Positions 9,041-19,035 of a DNA stretch of 50,710 nucleotides are shown in pieces; the first letter of the stretch is position 1, and every line of letters begins with the position of its first letter. The translations under genes were made by a program, and so were the position numbers. The notes beneath the pieces were generated by a model. That model saw only the letters and a list, made by a program, of their open reading frames with translations. It did not search any database and was not told where the DNA came from. Source of the stretch: an uncultured Tepidisphaeraceae bacterium. GTDB lineage: Bacteria; Planctomycetota; Phycisphaerae; Tepidisphaerales; Tepidisphaeraceae. Location: assembly GCA_964493365.1 (NCBI GenBank), contig CAZBOE010000008.1, positions 281-50,990 on the forward strand, read 5' to 3'.

Positions 9041-9820
9041 CTACAGCCCGACGATGTTGAAGCCGCTGTCGACGTAGATGTTCTCACCCGTAACGCCCGA
9101 CGCCAGGTCGGACAGGAGATACACCGCCGTCTTGCCGACCTCGTCGGCGTCGATGTTCCGCTTGAGCGGCGCCTTGCGGGCGGTGTGGTCAAACATCTCG
9201 TCGATCCCGCCGACCGCCATGGCCGAGAGCGTGCGAACGGGCCCGGCCGAGATCGTGTTCACGCGGATGTTCTTCTCGCCCAGCTCAAAAGCCAGGTAGC
9301 GCGACGTGCTTTCCAGCGCCGCCTTGGCGACGCCCATCACGTTGTATCCCGGCACCGCCTTTTCCGAACCGAGATAGGTCATCGCGATGACCGACCCGCC
9401 GGCGGGCATCAGCGGGGCGGCCGCGCGGGTCAGGGCGACGAGCGAATAAGCGCTGATGTCCATCGCCTGCTTGTAGACCTCGCGCGGCGTCGTGAGGAAC
9501 TTGCCGATCTGCAGATAGTCCTTGTTGGCAAACGCCAGCGAATGCACGAGGAAATCGATCGTGCCGAAGTGCGCCGCCGCCGCCTTGAAGAAGCCGTCGA
9601 TCGACTCGTCCGAGCCGACATCGCAACCGTGAACAAACGGCTCGCCGGTCACGCCCATCTCTTCCAGGCTCTTGCGGACGCGCCGCTCCATCTTTTCGAT
9701 CGGCAAAAAGCCGTAGCCGAGCGTGGCGCCCTGCTTGAGGCAGTTGTTGGCGATGTGCCAGGCGATCGAGCGGTCGTTGGCGATGTTGAGAATCAGGCCT
9801 TTTTTGCCGTTGAGAATCAT
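9041..9820 (-). CDS. fabI: Enoyl-[acyl-carrier-protein] reductase (NADH), FabI
   Basis: MILNGKKGLILNIANDRSIAW...SAY...VMGVAKAALE matches the FabI SDR subfamily, including the Tyr/Lys catalytic region. Confidence 0.9.
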   Translation of the reverse strand: MILNGKKGLILNIANDRSIAWHIANNCLKQGATLGYGFLPIEKMERRVRKSLEEMGVTGEPFVHGCDVGSDESIDGFFKAAAAHFGTIDFLVHSLAFANKDYLQIGKFLTTPREVYKQAMDISAYSLVALTRAAAPLMPAGGSVIAMTYLGSEKAVPGYNVMGVAKAALESTSRYLAFELGEKNIRVNTISAGPVRTLSAMAVGGIDEMFDHTARKAPLKRNIDADEVGKTAVYLLSDLASGVTGENIYVDSGFNIVGL

Positions 9821-9896
9821 GATGAGTTGCCGGTGTGGGGGTTTGCCAGTGAGTGGAGGTCAGGTCAACGAACTGCCCGGTGACCAGATTGTCATG

Positions 9897-9963
9897 TGAC
9901 CAGGCTGCCGGGTGGTCAGGCTGGCCGGTGGTTAGGCTGCCCGGTGTTCAGGCTGCCATGTCG
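9897..9963. repeat. Tandem array of ~16-nt units (consensus NNcAGGCTGnCCGGTG, about 4 copies) upstream of fabI
   Basis: Direct reading: tgaccaggctgccgggtg / gtcaggctggccggtg / gttaggctgcccggtg / ttcaggctgccatgtcg. Confidence 0.85.
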
Positions 9964-10046
9964 GATCGCCGGTGAAAAGTCTGCCGTAAAAGGGGTTCCA
10001 CTAAATTGCCTGTCGGTGAATGACTCGTGTCCAGAAAACCGCGCCG

Positions 10047-11039
10047 CTACAGCGCTTCGCGAGCCACGACCGCCGCGCCATACAGGGCGGTGTCGTCGTT
10101 CTCGATCGCGGTCACGGGAATGCTCTGCAGCAGCGTCTGAATGCTGGTGCCCATCGGGCCCTTGGCGCTGAAGGGTTTGAGGAACAGGTCGCTCTTGACC
10201 TTGGGCAAAATGCGGGGAACGATCCCGCCGCCCAGATAAAGCCCAGCCGTGCAAAGCGTCATCAGGGCGAAATTGCCCGCATAGGCGGCCAGCACATTCA
10301 CCCAGATGTCCAGCGCCGCCACCGCGATCGGCGCGGTGCCTTCCATCGCGGCGGCCGACACGACCGGAGACTTGTCCGCAGCTTTCTCCAGCTTGGCGGC
10401 CAGCCATTCCGGCTCGGTGTGACGCCCGCTCTGACGCAGGAAGCGGTAGATGTTCCACAGCCCCGGCCCGCACGCCACACGCTCATACGTGGCTCGACCG
10501 CAAAACTCCCGCTGCAGCCAGCGCAAGAGGTCGATCTGCACATCATCGCGCGGCGCGAAATCGGTGTGTCCGCCCTCGGCGCCGCTGGGCACATGCCCGG
10601 AGCCGTTCCAGAACAGCGCCGCCTGGCCCAGCCCGGTGCCGGGCGAGACGATCGCCTGGTTGCCGACCGGGTTGACCGTGCCCGCCTGAATAACGTGAAA
10701 ACTCTCCTTCGGCAGCACCCGGATGCCGTAGGCGTTGGCCACCAGGTCGTTGACCAGCGCCACCCGCTTCACCCCGAGCTTGCTTGCCAGCACGGCAACA
10801 TCGACCTGCCAGGGCAGGTTGGTCGCGTTGGTCTTCCCGTCCTTCACCGGCCCGGCCACCCCAAAGCCCGCCGCGGCGATGCTCGCCGGCTTCTCGGCCA
10901 GGTAGGCATCCAGAACGGCCTCGAGCGAAGGATACTTTCCGCTGGGAAACCGAAGCTGCGAACCGGGAACGATCTTGAGCTCGTCATTGAACAGCGCGAC
11001 GTTGGTCTTGGTGCCGCCGATATCGCCTGCGAGGATCAT
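10047..11039 (-). CDS. glk: Glucokinase
   Basis: MILAGDIGGTKTNVALF is an ATP-binding motif. LVNDLVANAYG and GTGLGQA...GGHTDFAP are typical of bacterial Glk. The ATG at 11039 was chosen within the longer ORF. Confidence 0.85.
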   Translation of the reverse strand: MILAGDIGGTKTNVALFNDELKIVPGSQLRFPSGKYPSLEAVLDAYLAEKPASIAAAGFGVAGPVKDGKTNATNLPWQVDVAVLASKLGVKRVALVNDLVANAYGIRVLPKESFHVIQAGTVNPVGNQAIVSPGTGLGQAALFWNGSGHVPSGAEGGHTDFAPRDDVQIDLLRWLQREFCGRATYERVACGPGLWNIYRFLRQSGRHTEPEWLAAKLEKAADKSPVVSAAAMEGTAPIAVAALDIWVNVLAAYAGNFALMTLCTAGLYLGGGIVPRILPKVKSDLFLKPFSAKGPMGTSIQTLLQSIPVTAIENDDTALYGAAVVAREAL

Positions 11040-11326
11040 GGGCCGTAGGGTCCTTGTTGGTCGGCCGCCATTTATCGGACCTGCTTCAACCGCCCGTTGC
11101 GGTCGGCAGCGTCCGACAAAGCGGGCTATCACGATACCGGCGGAAGCCGTCGGCGTCGATATCTCCGGATTCGACCCCCGGCAACCCCGCGCAATCTAAA
11201 CTGCCCCATTTCAGTGTCCGACATCATCAGCGAGTGACGCGCCGTCGCCGCAGGTCGCACAGGGTGCGACACGCCAGGGCGCCAGACCGCCCGGCTCGTT
11301 CGGGCCTTGGCAGATCGGATCATGTT

Positions 11327-12352
11327 GTGCAAATCCTGATCGTGGACGATGACCCCGTTGCCCTCCAGCTGCTGCGCTTCACGCTGCGCAAGCAGGGCCA
11401 CGACGTGTGGGAGGCCCATGACGGCGCCGATGCCCTCGAGATGCTGTCAGCCCCCCGTCCGCAGCCCATCCAGGTCGTCATCAGCGACTGGGAAATGCCC
11501 GGCATGGATGGCCCCGAACTCTGCAAGCATGTCCGGCGGATGGAGTCACGCTACACCTACATGCTGCTGCTCACCGGCCGCGACCGCAAAAGCAGCATGA
11601 TCAGGGGCTTCTGGGCCGGCGCCGACGACTTCCTCAACAAGCCCTTTGACCCCGAAGAGCTCCATTGCCGGCTTCGTGTCGCCGAGCGCATCCTGTCGCT
11701 GGAAACCCGCGACGTCACCATCTTTGCGCTGGCCAAGCTCGCCGAATCACGCGACCACGACACCGGCGCTCACCTCGAGCGCGTCCAGAATTACTGCCGG
11801 CTGCTCGCCCAGAACCTCCTCGACACCGGGGCGTTTCCCGGGCAGATCGATGCGTCGCTGGTCAATCTCATGTATGAGACCAGCCCGCTCCACGACATCG
11901 GTAAGGTTGCCATTCCCGACTATGTGCTGCTCAAGCCGGGGCGGCTGAGCGACAGCGAGTTCGAGGTCATGAAGACCCACACGACCCTGGGCGCCGCCAC
12001 CCTCGATGCCGCAATGGCCAAGGCGCCGGCGGCCCGTTTTCTCGAAGTGGCCCGCGATATCGCGCTGTGCCACCACGAGCGCTGGGACGGCACGGGTTAT
12101 CCCCGCGGGCTTGCGGGCGAAGCGATACCGCTGTGCGCACGGATCGTGTCTGTCGCCGACGTCTACGACGCACTGGTCAGCAAACGCGTCTACAAGTCAG
12201 CCATGTCGCACGACATGGCCCGAACAATGATCCTCGACGGCAGCGGCACCCAGTTCGACCCGCAGGTGGTCGAGGCCTTCCTGAGCGTCGAACGCGAAAT
12301 GGCGAACGTCAGCGACCGCTTCAGCGACACACCCCGCGCCGCCGCCGCCTAA
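11327..12352 (+). CDS. Response regulator with HD-GYP domain (predicted c-di-GMP phosphodiesterase, RpfG-like)
   Basis: The receiver domain reads ILIVDDDP...ISDWEMPGMDG...KP. The HD-GYP domain reads HDIGKVAIPD...HHERWDGTGYPRGL. The GTG start at 11327 is predicted, and the ORF is open further upstream. Confidence 0.85.
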   Translation: MQILIVDDDPVALQLLRFTLRKQGHDVWEAHDGADALEMLSAPRPQPIQVVISDWEMPGMDGPELCKHVRRMESRYTYMLLLTGRDRKSSMIRGFWAGADDFLNKPFDPEELHCRLRVAERILSLETRDVTIFALAKLAESRDHDTGAHLERVQNYCRLLAQNLLDTGAFPGQIDASLVNLMYETSPLHDIGKVAIPDYVLLKPGRLSDSEFEVMKTHTTLGAATLDAAMAKAPAARFLEVARDIALCHHERWDGTGYPRGLAGEAIPLCARIVSVADVYDALVSKRVYKSAMSHDMARTMILDGSGTQFDPQVVEAFLSVEREMANVSDRFSDTPRAAAA

Positions 12353-12453
12353 AAAAAGCGCGCTCAGCAAACCGACCCACCGCCACCCGCGCCCACATGC
12401 GGCGGTCGCGCCGGCTGACGCGCCGATTTGTCATCCCATCAACCCGCCATTGC

Positions 12454-15354
12454 TCAAGTGGTCACGCTTTTCCCGAGCGCCTTCACCGCCTCGGCGTCGC
12501 GCAGGCTCAGGTCGGGGAAGGCTGGGTCTGATCCGACATCCGCGCGGCGCTTCCAGCTTCGAGCACAGGCCTTGTACGTCTCACGGGTGTCGATCACCTC
12601 GACCCGCGCGGGCGTGCCCGCGGCGACGTCGACGAACCGGTGGCTGCCGGCCCCGACAAGGTCTTCAAGGTCGGGCCCGTAGGCCGACATCCACGCCCGG
12701 GCTGCCGCATCGACGTAATACACCACTTCCGCGTCCAGCGCCTTGTTGAGGCCCGCCGACTTCTTCAGCCCGTCGAGCTGAAGCAGCGCCGAATCGCGCA
12801 GCGCCATCAGCGTCGCCCATTGCTGCGCGTGCTGGGGCGTCGGCGCCTGTGAACGCGCCTGGGGGAACAGCGCAAGGTGCACGCTGCCCAGCGCCGCGTC
12901 ATCGCCTGACCGCTTGAGGTGCTCCCAGGCTTCGTCCGCCGTGAAGACGATCACCGGCGCCAGCATCCGCACCAGCGCGTCGGCCATGCGGTGCATCACC
13001 GTCTGACAGCGCCGCCGCAGCAGACTGCCCGGCCGCTCGCAATACAGCCGGTCCTTCATCGCGTTGCCATAGACTGCGCTGATCTGCACGTTGCAGAACT
13101 CGAAGACGCTGCGGAAAACCACGTGCGTCTCGCAGGCGTCATAGGCGCGGGTCACCGCCGCGATCAGCCCGTCGAGCTGCGCCATCGCCCAGCCGTCGAG
13201 GCTGTCGGCCGGCGGCTCAACGGCGTCCCGCGCGGGGTCGAAGTCGTAGAGGTTGCTCAGCAGGTAGCGGATCGTGTTGCGGATCTTGCGATACTTGTCG
13301 CCAAACTCCTTGATCACCGCCGGCGATGTGGGAATGTCGCCTTCGTAATCGACGCTGCACGTCCACAGCCGCAGCAGGTCGGCGCCGTGGGTCTCGATCT
13401 CCTTCGTGGCCGTCACATATTCCTTGTCGCTCTTGCTGACCTTCGTGCCGTCGGGCTTGACCACAAACCCGTGCGTCAACACCGCCTTGAAAGGCGGCCT
13501 GCCCATCGCGCCCAGGCTCGGCAAAAGCGATAGCTGAAACCACCCGCGGTGCTGGTCCGACCCTTCGAGATAGAGGTCGGCCGGATACGTCAGCCCGCCC
13601 GCCTCCGCCGCCTCTCGGGCGCGCAGCACCGCATTCCACGAACTGCCCGACTCAAACCACACGTCGAAAATGTCATTCTCTTTCCGCAGCTTGTCTTTGG
13701 GGAACTCGGGCCCCGGGTCAAAGTCACCGAGCAACTCGGCCGGCGAATCGGTGAACCACGCGTCACTGCCTTTTTCGGCAAACCGCTTCGCCACCGCACG
13801 CACGCTCTGCGGCGTCAGCAGCGCGTCGCCCGCCTCGTTGTAAAACACCGGGATCGGCAGCCCCCACGCCCGCTGGCGCGAGATGCACCAATCCGGCCGG
13901 CTCTCGAGCATGCCGGTGATCCGGGCCTTGCCCCACTCGGGGACAAACTTCACCTGTTCGCCCACCGCATGCGCCGCCCGCTGGCGGATGCTCATCGGCG
14001 TGTCGCCATGCACCACCAGCGGACGATCGATCCCCACAAACCACTGCTCGGTCGCGCGGAAGATCGTCGGCGTCTTGCTGCGCCAGTCGTGCGGATAGCT
14101 GTGCACGATCTCCTGCTCGGCAAACAGCGCCCCGACCGACTTGAGGTGCTCGATCACCAGGCCGTTGCCCTCCCACACCACCTTGCCCCGGAGCCACTCG
14201 GGCACACTGCCGTCAAACCGCCCGTTGGCCAGCACAGGGCAATACACCTCCAGCCCGTGGGCGATGCCGGTGGCATAGTCTTCTTCGCCGTGCCCCGGCG
14301 CGGTGTGGACCAGCCCCGTGCCGTCGGTCGTCGTCACATAATCCGCCACAAGCACCTTGCCCACGCGCGGCGTCGCTTCGCCCTCGCCCACCGTCATGAA
14401 CGGGTGCCGATACTCCTGCCCCGCCAGGTCCTTGCCCAGCACGGTCTTGATCACCGTGTAGTCGGCCACCCGGCCCTTAAACGTCTGCTCCACCAGCGCC
14501 GCCGCCACGATGTCAATGTGCCAGAACTCGTTGTGCTGGTGTTTGACCAGCGCATATTCCACCTCGGGCCCGACCGCGATTGCCAGGTTGGCCGGCAGGG
14601 TCCAGGGCGTGGTCGTCCAGGCGAGGAAGCCGACCCGGGCGTTCACCCGCACGTCGAACGCCGCCTTGAATGCCCCCGGGTTGGCCGACTCAAACCGCAC
14701 GTACACGCTGCGGTCCTTGACGTCCTTGTACTCCAGCTCGGCGTCCGCCAGCGCCGTCTGGTTGGCGATCGACCAGTGCACCGGCTTGAGCTGCTTGTAG
14801 ACCAGCCCCGCCTCGACGAATCGGGCAAACACCTCGAGCGTCGCCGCCTCATAGTCGGGCGTCATCGTCAGATAGGGCCGCGCCCAGTCGCCCAGGATGC
14901 CCAGCCGCTGAAACTGCTCGCTCTGGATACCCGCATACTTCGCCGCATAGTCAAAGCACCGCCGCCGAACGTCCACCGTGCTCATCTCGCGCAGCTTCGG
15001 GCCCAGATCCTGCTGGATCTTGTGCTCGATCGGCAGCCCGTGGCAGTCCCAGCCCGGCACATACGGACACCGAAACCCGCGCATCGACCTGTAGCGCAGC
15101 AGCACATCCTTGAGCGTTTTGTTGATCAGGTGCCCGATGTGGATCTCGCCATTGGCGAACGGCGGCCCGTCATGCAGCACCCACGTCGGCGATCCCGCCC
15201 GCGCCGACAGCAACTGCCCGTAGAGGTCCGCCGACTTCCACCGCGCCAGCCGCGCCGGCTCGTTTTGCACCAGCTTCGCCTCCATCGCAAACGCCGTCTG
15301 CGGGAGGTTGAGCGTGTCTTTGTAAGAGGCCTTTTTCTCCGAGGTCTGGCTCAT
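12454..15354 (-). CDS. ileS: Isoleucine--tRNA ligase
   Basis: YKDTLNLPQTAFAM and PPFANGEIHIGHLINKTLKD (HIGH) are present, along with a KVSKS variant of KMSKS. The 966-aa length fits type 1 IleRS. Confidence 0.95.
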   Translation of the reverse strand: MSQTSEKKASYKDTLNLPQTAFAMEAKLVQNEPARLARWKSADLYGQLLSARAGSPTWVLHDGPPFANGEIHIGHLINKTLKDVLLRYRSMRGFRCPYVPGWDCHGLPIEHKIQQDLGPKLREMSTVDVRRRCFDYAAKYAGIQSEQFQRLGILGDWARPYLTMTPDYEAATLEVFARFVEAGLVYKQLKPVHWSIANQTALADAELEYKDVKDRSVYVRFESANPGAFKAAFDVRVNARVGFLAWTTTPWTLPANLAIAVGPEVEYALVKHQHNEFWHIDIVAAALVEQTFKGRVADYTVIKTVLGKDLAGQEYRHPFMTVGEGEATPRVGKVLVADYVTTTDGTGLVHTAPGHGEEDYATGIAHGLEVYCPVLANGRFDGSVPEWLRGKVVWEGNGLVIEHLKSVGALFAEQEIVHSYPHDWRSKTPTIFRATEQWFVGIDRPLVVHGDTPMSIRQRAAHAVGEQVKFVPEWGKARITGMLESRPDWCISRQRAWGLPIPVFYNEAGDALLTPQSVRAVAKRFAEKGSDAWFTDSPAELLGDFDPGPEFPKDKLRKENDIFDVWFESGSSWNAVLRAREAAEAGGLTYPADLYLEGSDQHRGWFQLSLLPSLGAMGRPPFKAVLTHGFVVKPDGTKVSKSDKEYVTATKEIETHGADLLRLWTCSVDYEGDIPTSPAVIKEFGDKYRKIRNTIRYLLSNLYDFDPARDAVEPPADSLDGWAMAQLDGLIAAVTRAYDACETHVVFRSVFEFCNVQISAVYGNAMKDRLYCERPGSLLRRRCQTVMHRMADALVRMLAPVIVFTADEAWEHLKRSGDDAALGSVHLALFPQARSQAPTPQHAQQWATLMALRDSALLQLDGLKKSAGLNKALDAEVVYYVDAAARAWMSAYGPDLEDLVGAGSHRFVDVAAGTPARVEVIDTRETYKACARSWKRRADVGSDPAFPDLSLRDAEAVKALGKSVTT

Positions 15355-15428
15355 GATGTTGCTCGATACGACGCCCCGGCCGCCGAAGCTGCCGGCGGCC
15401 GGTCACCAAAGGGTCACGCCCGACCGGG

Positions 15429-16931
<1,503 letters not shown>

Positions 16932-16999
16932 ACAAAACCTCGTTTCTTCAGCCGATCACCCGGCACCCCGTCCGGTCGGGAAGGGAATGCCCTGACAAC

Positions 17000-17033
17000 A
17001 AAAAACCCCGAAACGACGGTGATCGCTTCGGGG
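17000..17033 (-). terminator. Intrinsic terminator located 5' of the MATE start codon (part of the attenuator)
   Basis: The minus-strand RNA reads CCCCGAAGCGAUCACCGUCGUUUCGGGG followed by UUUUUUGUU. The stem is CCCCGAA/UUCGGGG plus inner CGA/UCG. Confidence 0.7.
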
Positions 17034-17074
17034 CGGTTCTTTTTCCGGTGTTATGGATGAGTCGGTGGGGAAGA

Positions 17075-17161
17075 CTACCGGCCATGCGTAACACGCAACC
17101 CGCCAGGGCGATCACCGTCGATGACCTCGACGGCCGCGATGTTGCATGCAATGGCTTTCAT
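17075..17161 (-). CDS. Candidate 28-codon leader peptide ORF (MKAIACNIAAVEVIDGDRPGGLRVTHGR) of the MATE attenuator
   Basis: The ATG at 17161-17159 is preceded by GGAAGAGGAACG. The ORF covers attenuator segments 1 and 2. It is not in the supplied ORF track because it is under 60 aa. Confidence 0.4.
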   Translation of the reverse strand: MKAIACNIAAVEVIDGDRPGGLRVTHGR

Positions 17162-17200
17162 CGAAAACGTTCCTCTTCCGGGTTCCTCTGCCGCGGGCGA

Positions 17201-17228
17201 ATACTACCCGACCCACAAGACAAAGCAA
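17201..17228 (-). promoter_or_regulatory. Sigma-70-like promoter candidate for the MATE leader (TTGCTT-16 nt-TAGTAT)
   Basis: Reverse complement: the -35 TTGCTT lies at 17228-17223 and the -10 TAGTAT at 17206-17201. The site is about 40 nt upstream of the leader ORF ATG. Confidence 0.45.
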
Positions 17229-17515
17229 ACGGCCATTTCGTCTGCCTGTTCGATGCCTCCCCCCCGCGCCAAACCAGCCAACACGGATCAGCGCCTTGCG
17301 GGGCCGAGCCGTCGCCGGCGGGCATGACCTCCCCGGGGGTCGCACCCATGGGCTACAAACCCGAGCCCTGCTGTGGGACCGTGCACGCAAAGTGGCGCGA
17401 AGCGGCTCACCTCGATATACTGCCGAGCACCACGGGGGGCACTCAATGCGATGCGAGAGCACCACACGCAACGGCGTCCCCAAATCACGAAAACGTTCCT
17501 TCAAAGGTGGCAAAG

Positions 17516-18760
17516 GTGGCAAAGGTCAATCGAGACGTTGTATTGCGATCGCTTGTGTTCGTCGCAGTCGCGATGCTTGGCACCCATGTCCGCGCGGTCG
17601 AACTGCAATGTCTCAACGGCACGATCACCATCGACTTGCCACCAGACCTTTTGACAGACACGCCCAAGCCCGGCGCTCCCGCATCCGGGCGAATCGCCGA
17701 AGGTGACGGAATCGAAATCGCGATCGACGCCAATGTCGTCCCGGCCGACGTCGTAGCCGGAGATCCTTTCGAGTACTTCAGGCAGCGGCCGACGCTCTAC
17801 CGGCTGGTTCAGGTTGAGGAAACAAAACACCAGTCAGCCGGTGGACTGCTCGGAACGGTCGAGCGCCTCGACGTCAACCAGTTTCAGTCGAACCTGCGTC
17901 GCGAGCAGGACGCACCGGTCACGCTCTACACGCTGGTGATCTACGACTTCGGCACTGCGATCAACATCCGCGCCGATGTGGGATGGTGGGTCGATCCGGT
18001 CCACCGCGAGCGGGTCAAGTCGATTTTGCGCAATGTCCGCACGACACGTAATCCCAAGCTGCCTCACGGCGTCACCGTGGGATCGCTCGTTGAGCTTCGC
18101 GCCTACGAGGCGGCGGATCATGGCAATCGCGCCACCACATTGCCTGCCAATCCTTCCACCCAACCTTCCGCCGATCCGTCGTCGGTCATTGCCGTCGAAA
18201 CGGCGAAACGCGACCCCAACCCCTATGACATATTTGCAGCGCTCATGAAGCAGCATGGTGCCGTGCCAGTTCAAGACGCGGTGACCCAGACCATCGATGG
18301 CGTGACGGTGATCGTCCCCGCGCCGCCTCATGCGTGGAGGGCCGCTGCTGATGCGGGTGAATTGTCATACATGATGGTTGGCGTCGGCTTCTGCACGGGG
18401 ATGACGCAGCAAAGCCGAAAGACCGTTCCTGAGGTGGTGCGGAGTATGCTCGAGGTGCATCAGAAGGGCATGGGTCTGAGCGTCGAAGACGTCAAACTCG
18501 GCGATAAGCCTGCCAGTCTGGTGCGGGTGGTGATGGACGCGCAACCGTTCTGGATGCCGCCCAATACCCCGCCCGAGCAACCTCGCCGCGCCGAGGGGAT
18601 CAACCTTGTCTTCGAGATCAATGGCCGGACAGTCGTCATCTCCATTTTCTACTCGAGCTCTGCCACCGACGCGCAACGAAAGCTGTATCGTGACGCATTG
18701 CTCGGTGTCACCCTCAAGCCGGCCGACAAACCCGTAGAAGGCGAGCCCGCCGCGCCCTGA
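17516..18760 (+). CDS. Hypothetical secreted protein (no recognisable domain)
   Basis: The reading frame is long, with a signal-peptide-like start (..VLRSLVFVAVAMLGTHVRA). AAAGGTGG lies upstream of the GTG at 17516, and alternative starts are 17507 and 17543. GC content is visibly lower than in neighbouring genes. Confidence 0.6.
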   Translation: MAKVNRDVVLRSLVFVAVAMLGTHVRAVELQCLNGTITIDLPPDLLTDTPKPGAPASGRIAEGDGIEIAIDANVVPADVVAGDPFEYFRQRPTLYRLVQVEETKHQSAGGLLGTVERLDVNQFQSNLRREQDAPVTLYTLVIYDFGTAINIRADVGWWVDPVHRERVKSILRNVRTTRNPKLPHGVTVGSLVELRAYEAADHGNRATTLPANPSTQPSADPSSVIAVETAKRDPNPYDIFAALMKQHGAVPVQDAVTQTIDGVTVIVPAPPHAWRAAADAGELSYMMVGVGFCTGMTQQSRKTVPEVVRSMLEVHQKGMGLSVEDVKLGDKPASLVRVVMDAQPFWMPPNTPPEQPRRAEGINLVFEINGRTVVISIFYSSSATDAQRKLYRDALLGVTLKPADKPVEGEPAAP

Positions 18761-18813
18761 CGGGCATTGCGGTCGCGCTGGTCCACGAGGCTTCTTCGGG
18801 CAACAGTCACTCG

Positions 18814-18857
18814 GTTTAGAAACAAAGACGGCGAGCCGCACGCGCGACCCGCCGTCT
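18814..18857 (-). terminator. Candidate intrinsic terminator for the VWA-rhombosortase-small ORF operon
   Basis: The minus-strand reads AGACGGCG-16 nt-CGCCGUCU followed by UUGUUUCU. The stem is 8 bp but the loop is large. Confidence 0.4.
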
Positions 18858-19035
18858 GCACGGTGGGGATCTAACCCCGGGGGAACCAGGTCCCCGCTGA
18901 CACGACGGAACATCCGTCGTCGCTTATGTCCCCGCCTCTCGTGCGGCCCGGTCGACAACGGCTGAGCGATCCTGCGAATTCGCTCGACCCGACGACGACC
19001 ACCACCCGCCGCACATCCACTGCGTCGCGCTCTGA

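Noticed and set aside
17000-17500. A possible large structured RNA (RNase P RNA, tmRNA, 6S, or a known riboswitch such as ykkC/guanidine) on the minus strand, ending at the strong terminator upstream of the MATE gene.
   Set aside because: I reverse-complemented the region and looked for signature elements. These were the RNase P blocks GGAAAGUCCGGGC, AGGGUGAAA and ACAGAAnCCGGCUUA, the tmRNA T-arm/CCA end with an ALAA-type tag ORF, and the ykkC blocks GGUCCGAGAG and ACGGCGGGA. None was present. A leader-peptide attenuator explains the terminator better. An Infernal/Rfam scan would be decisive.
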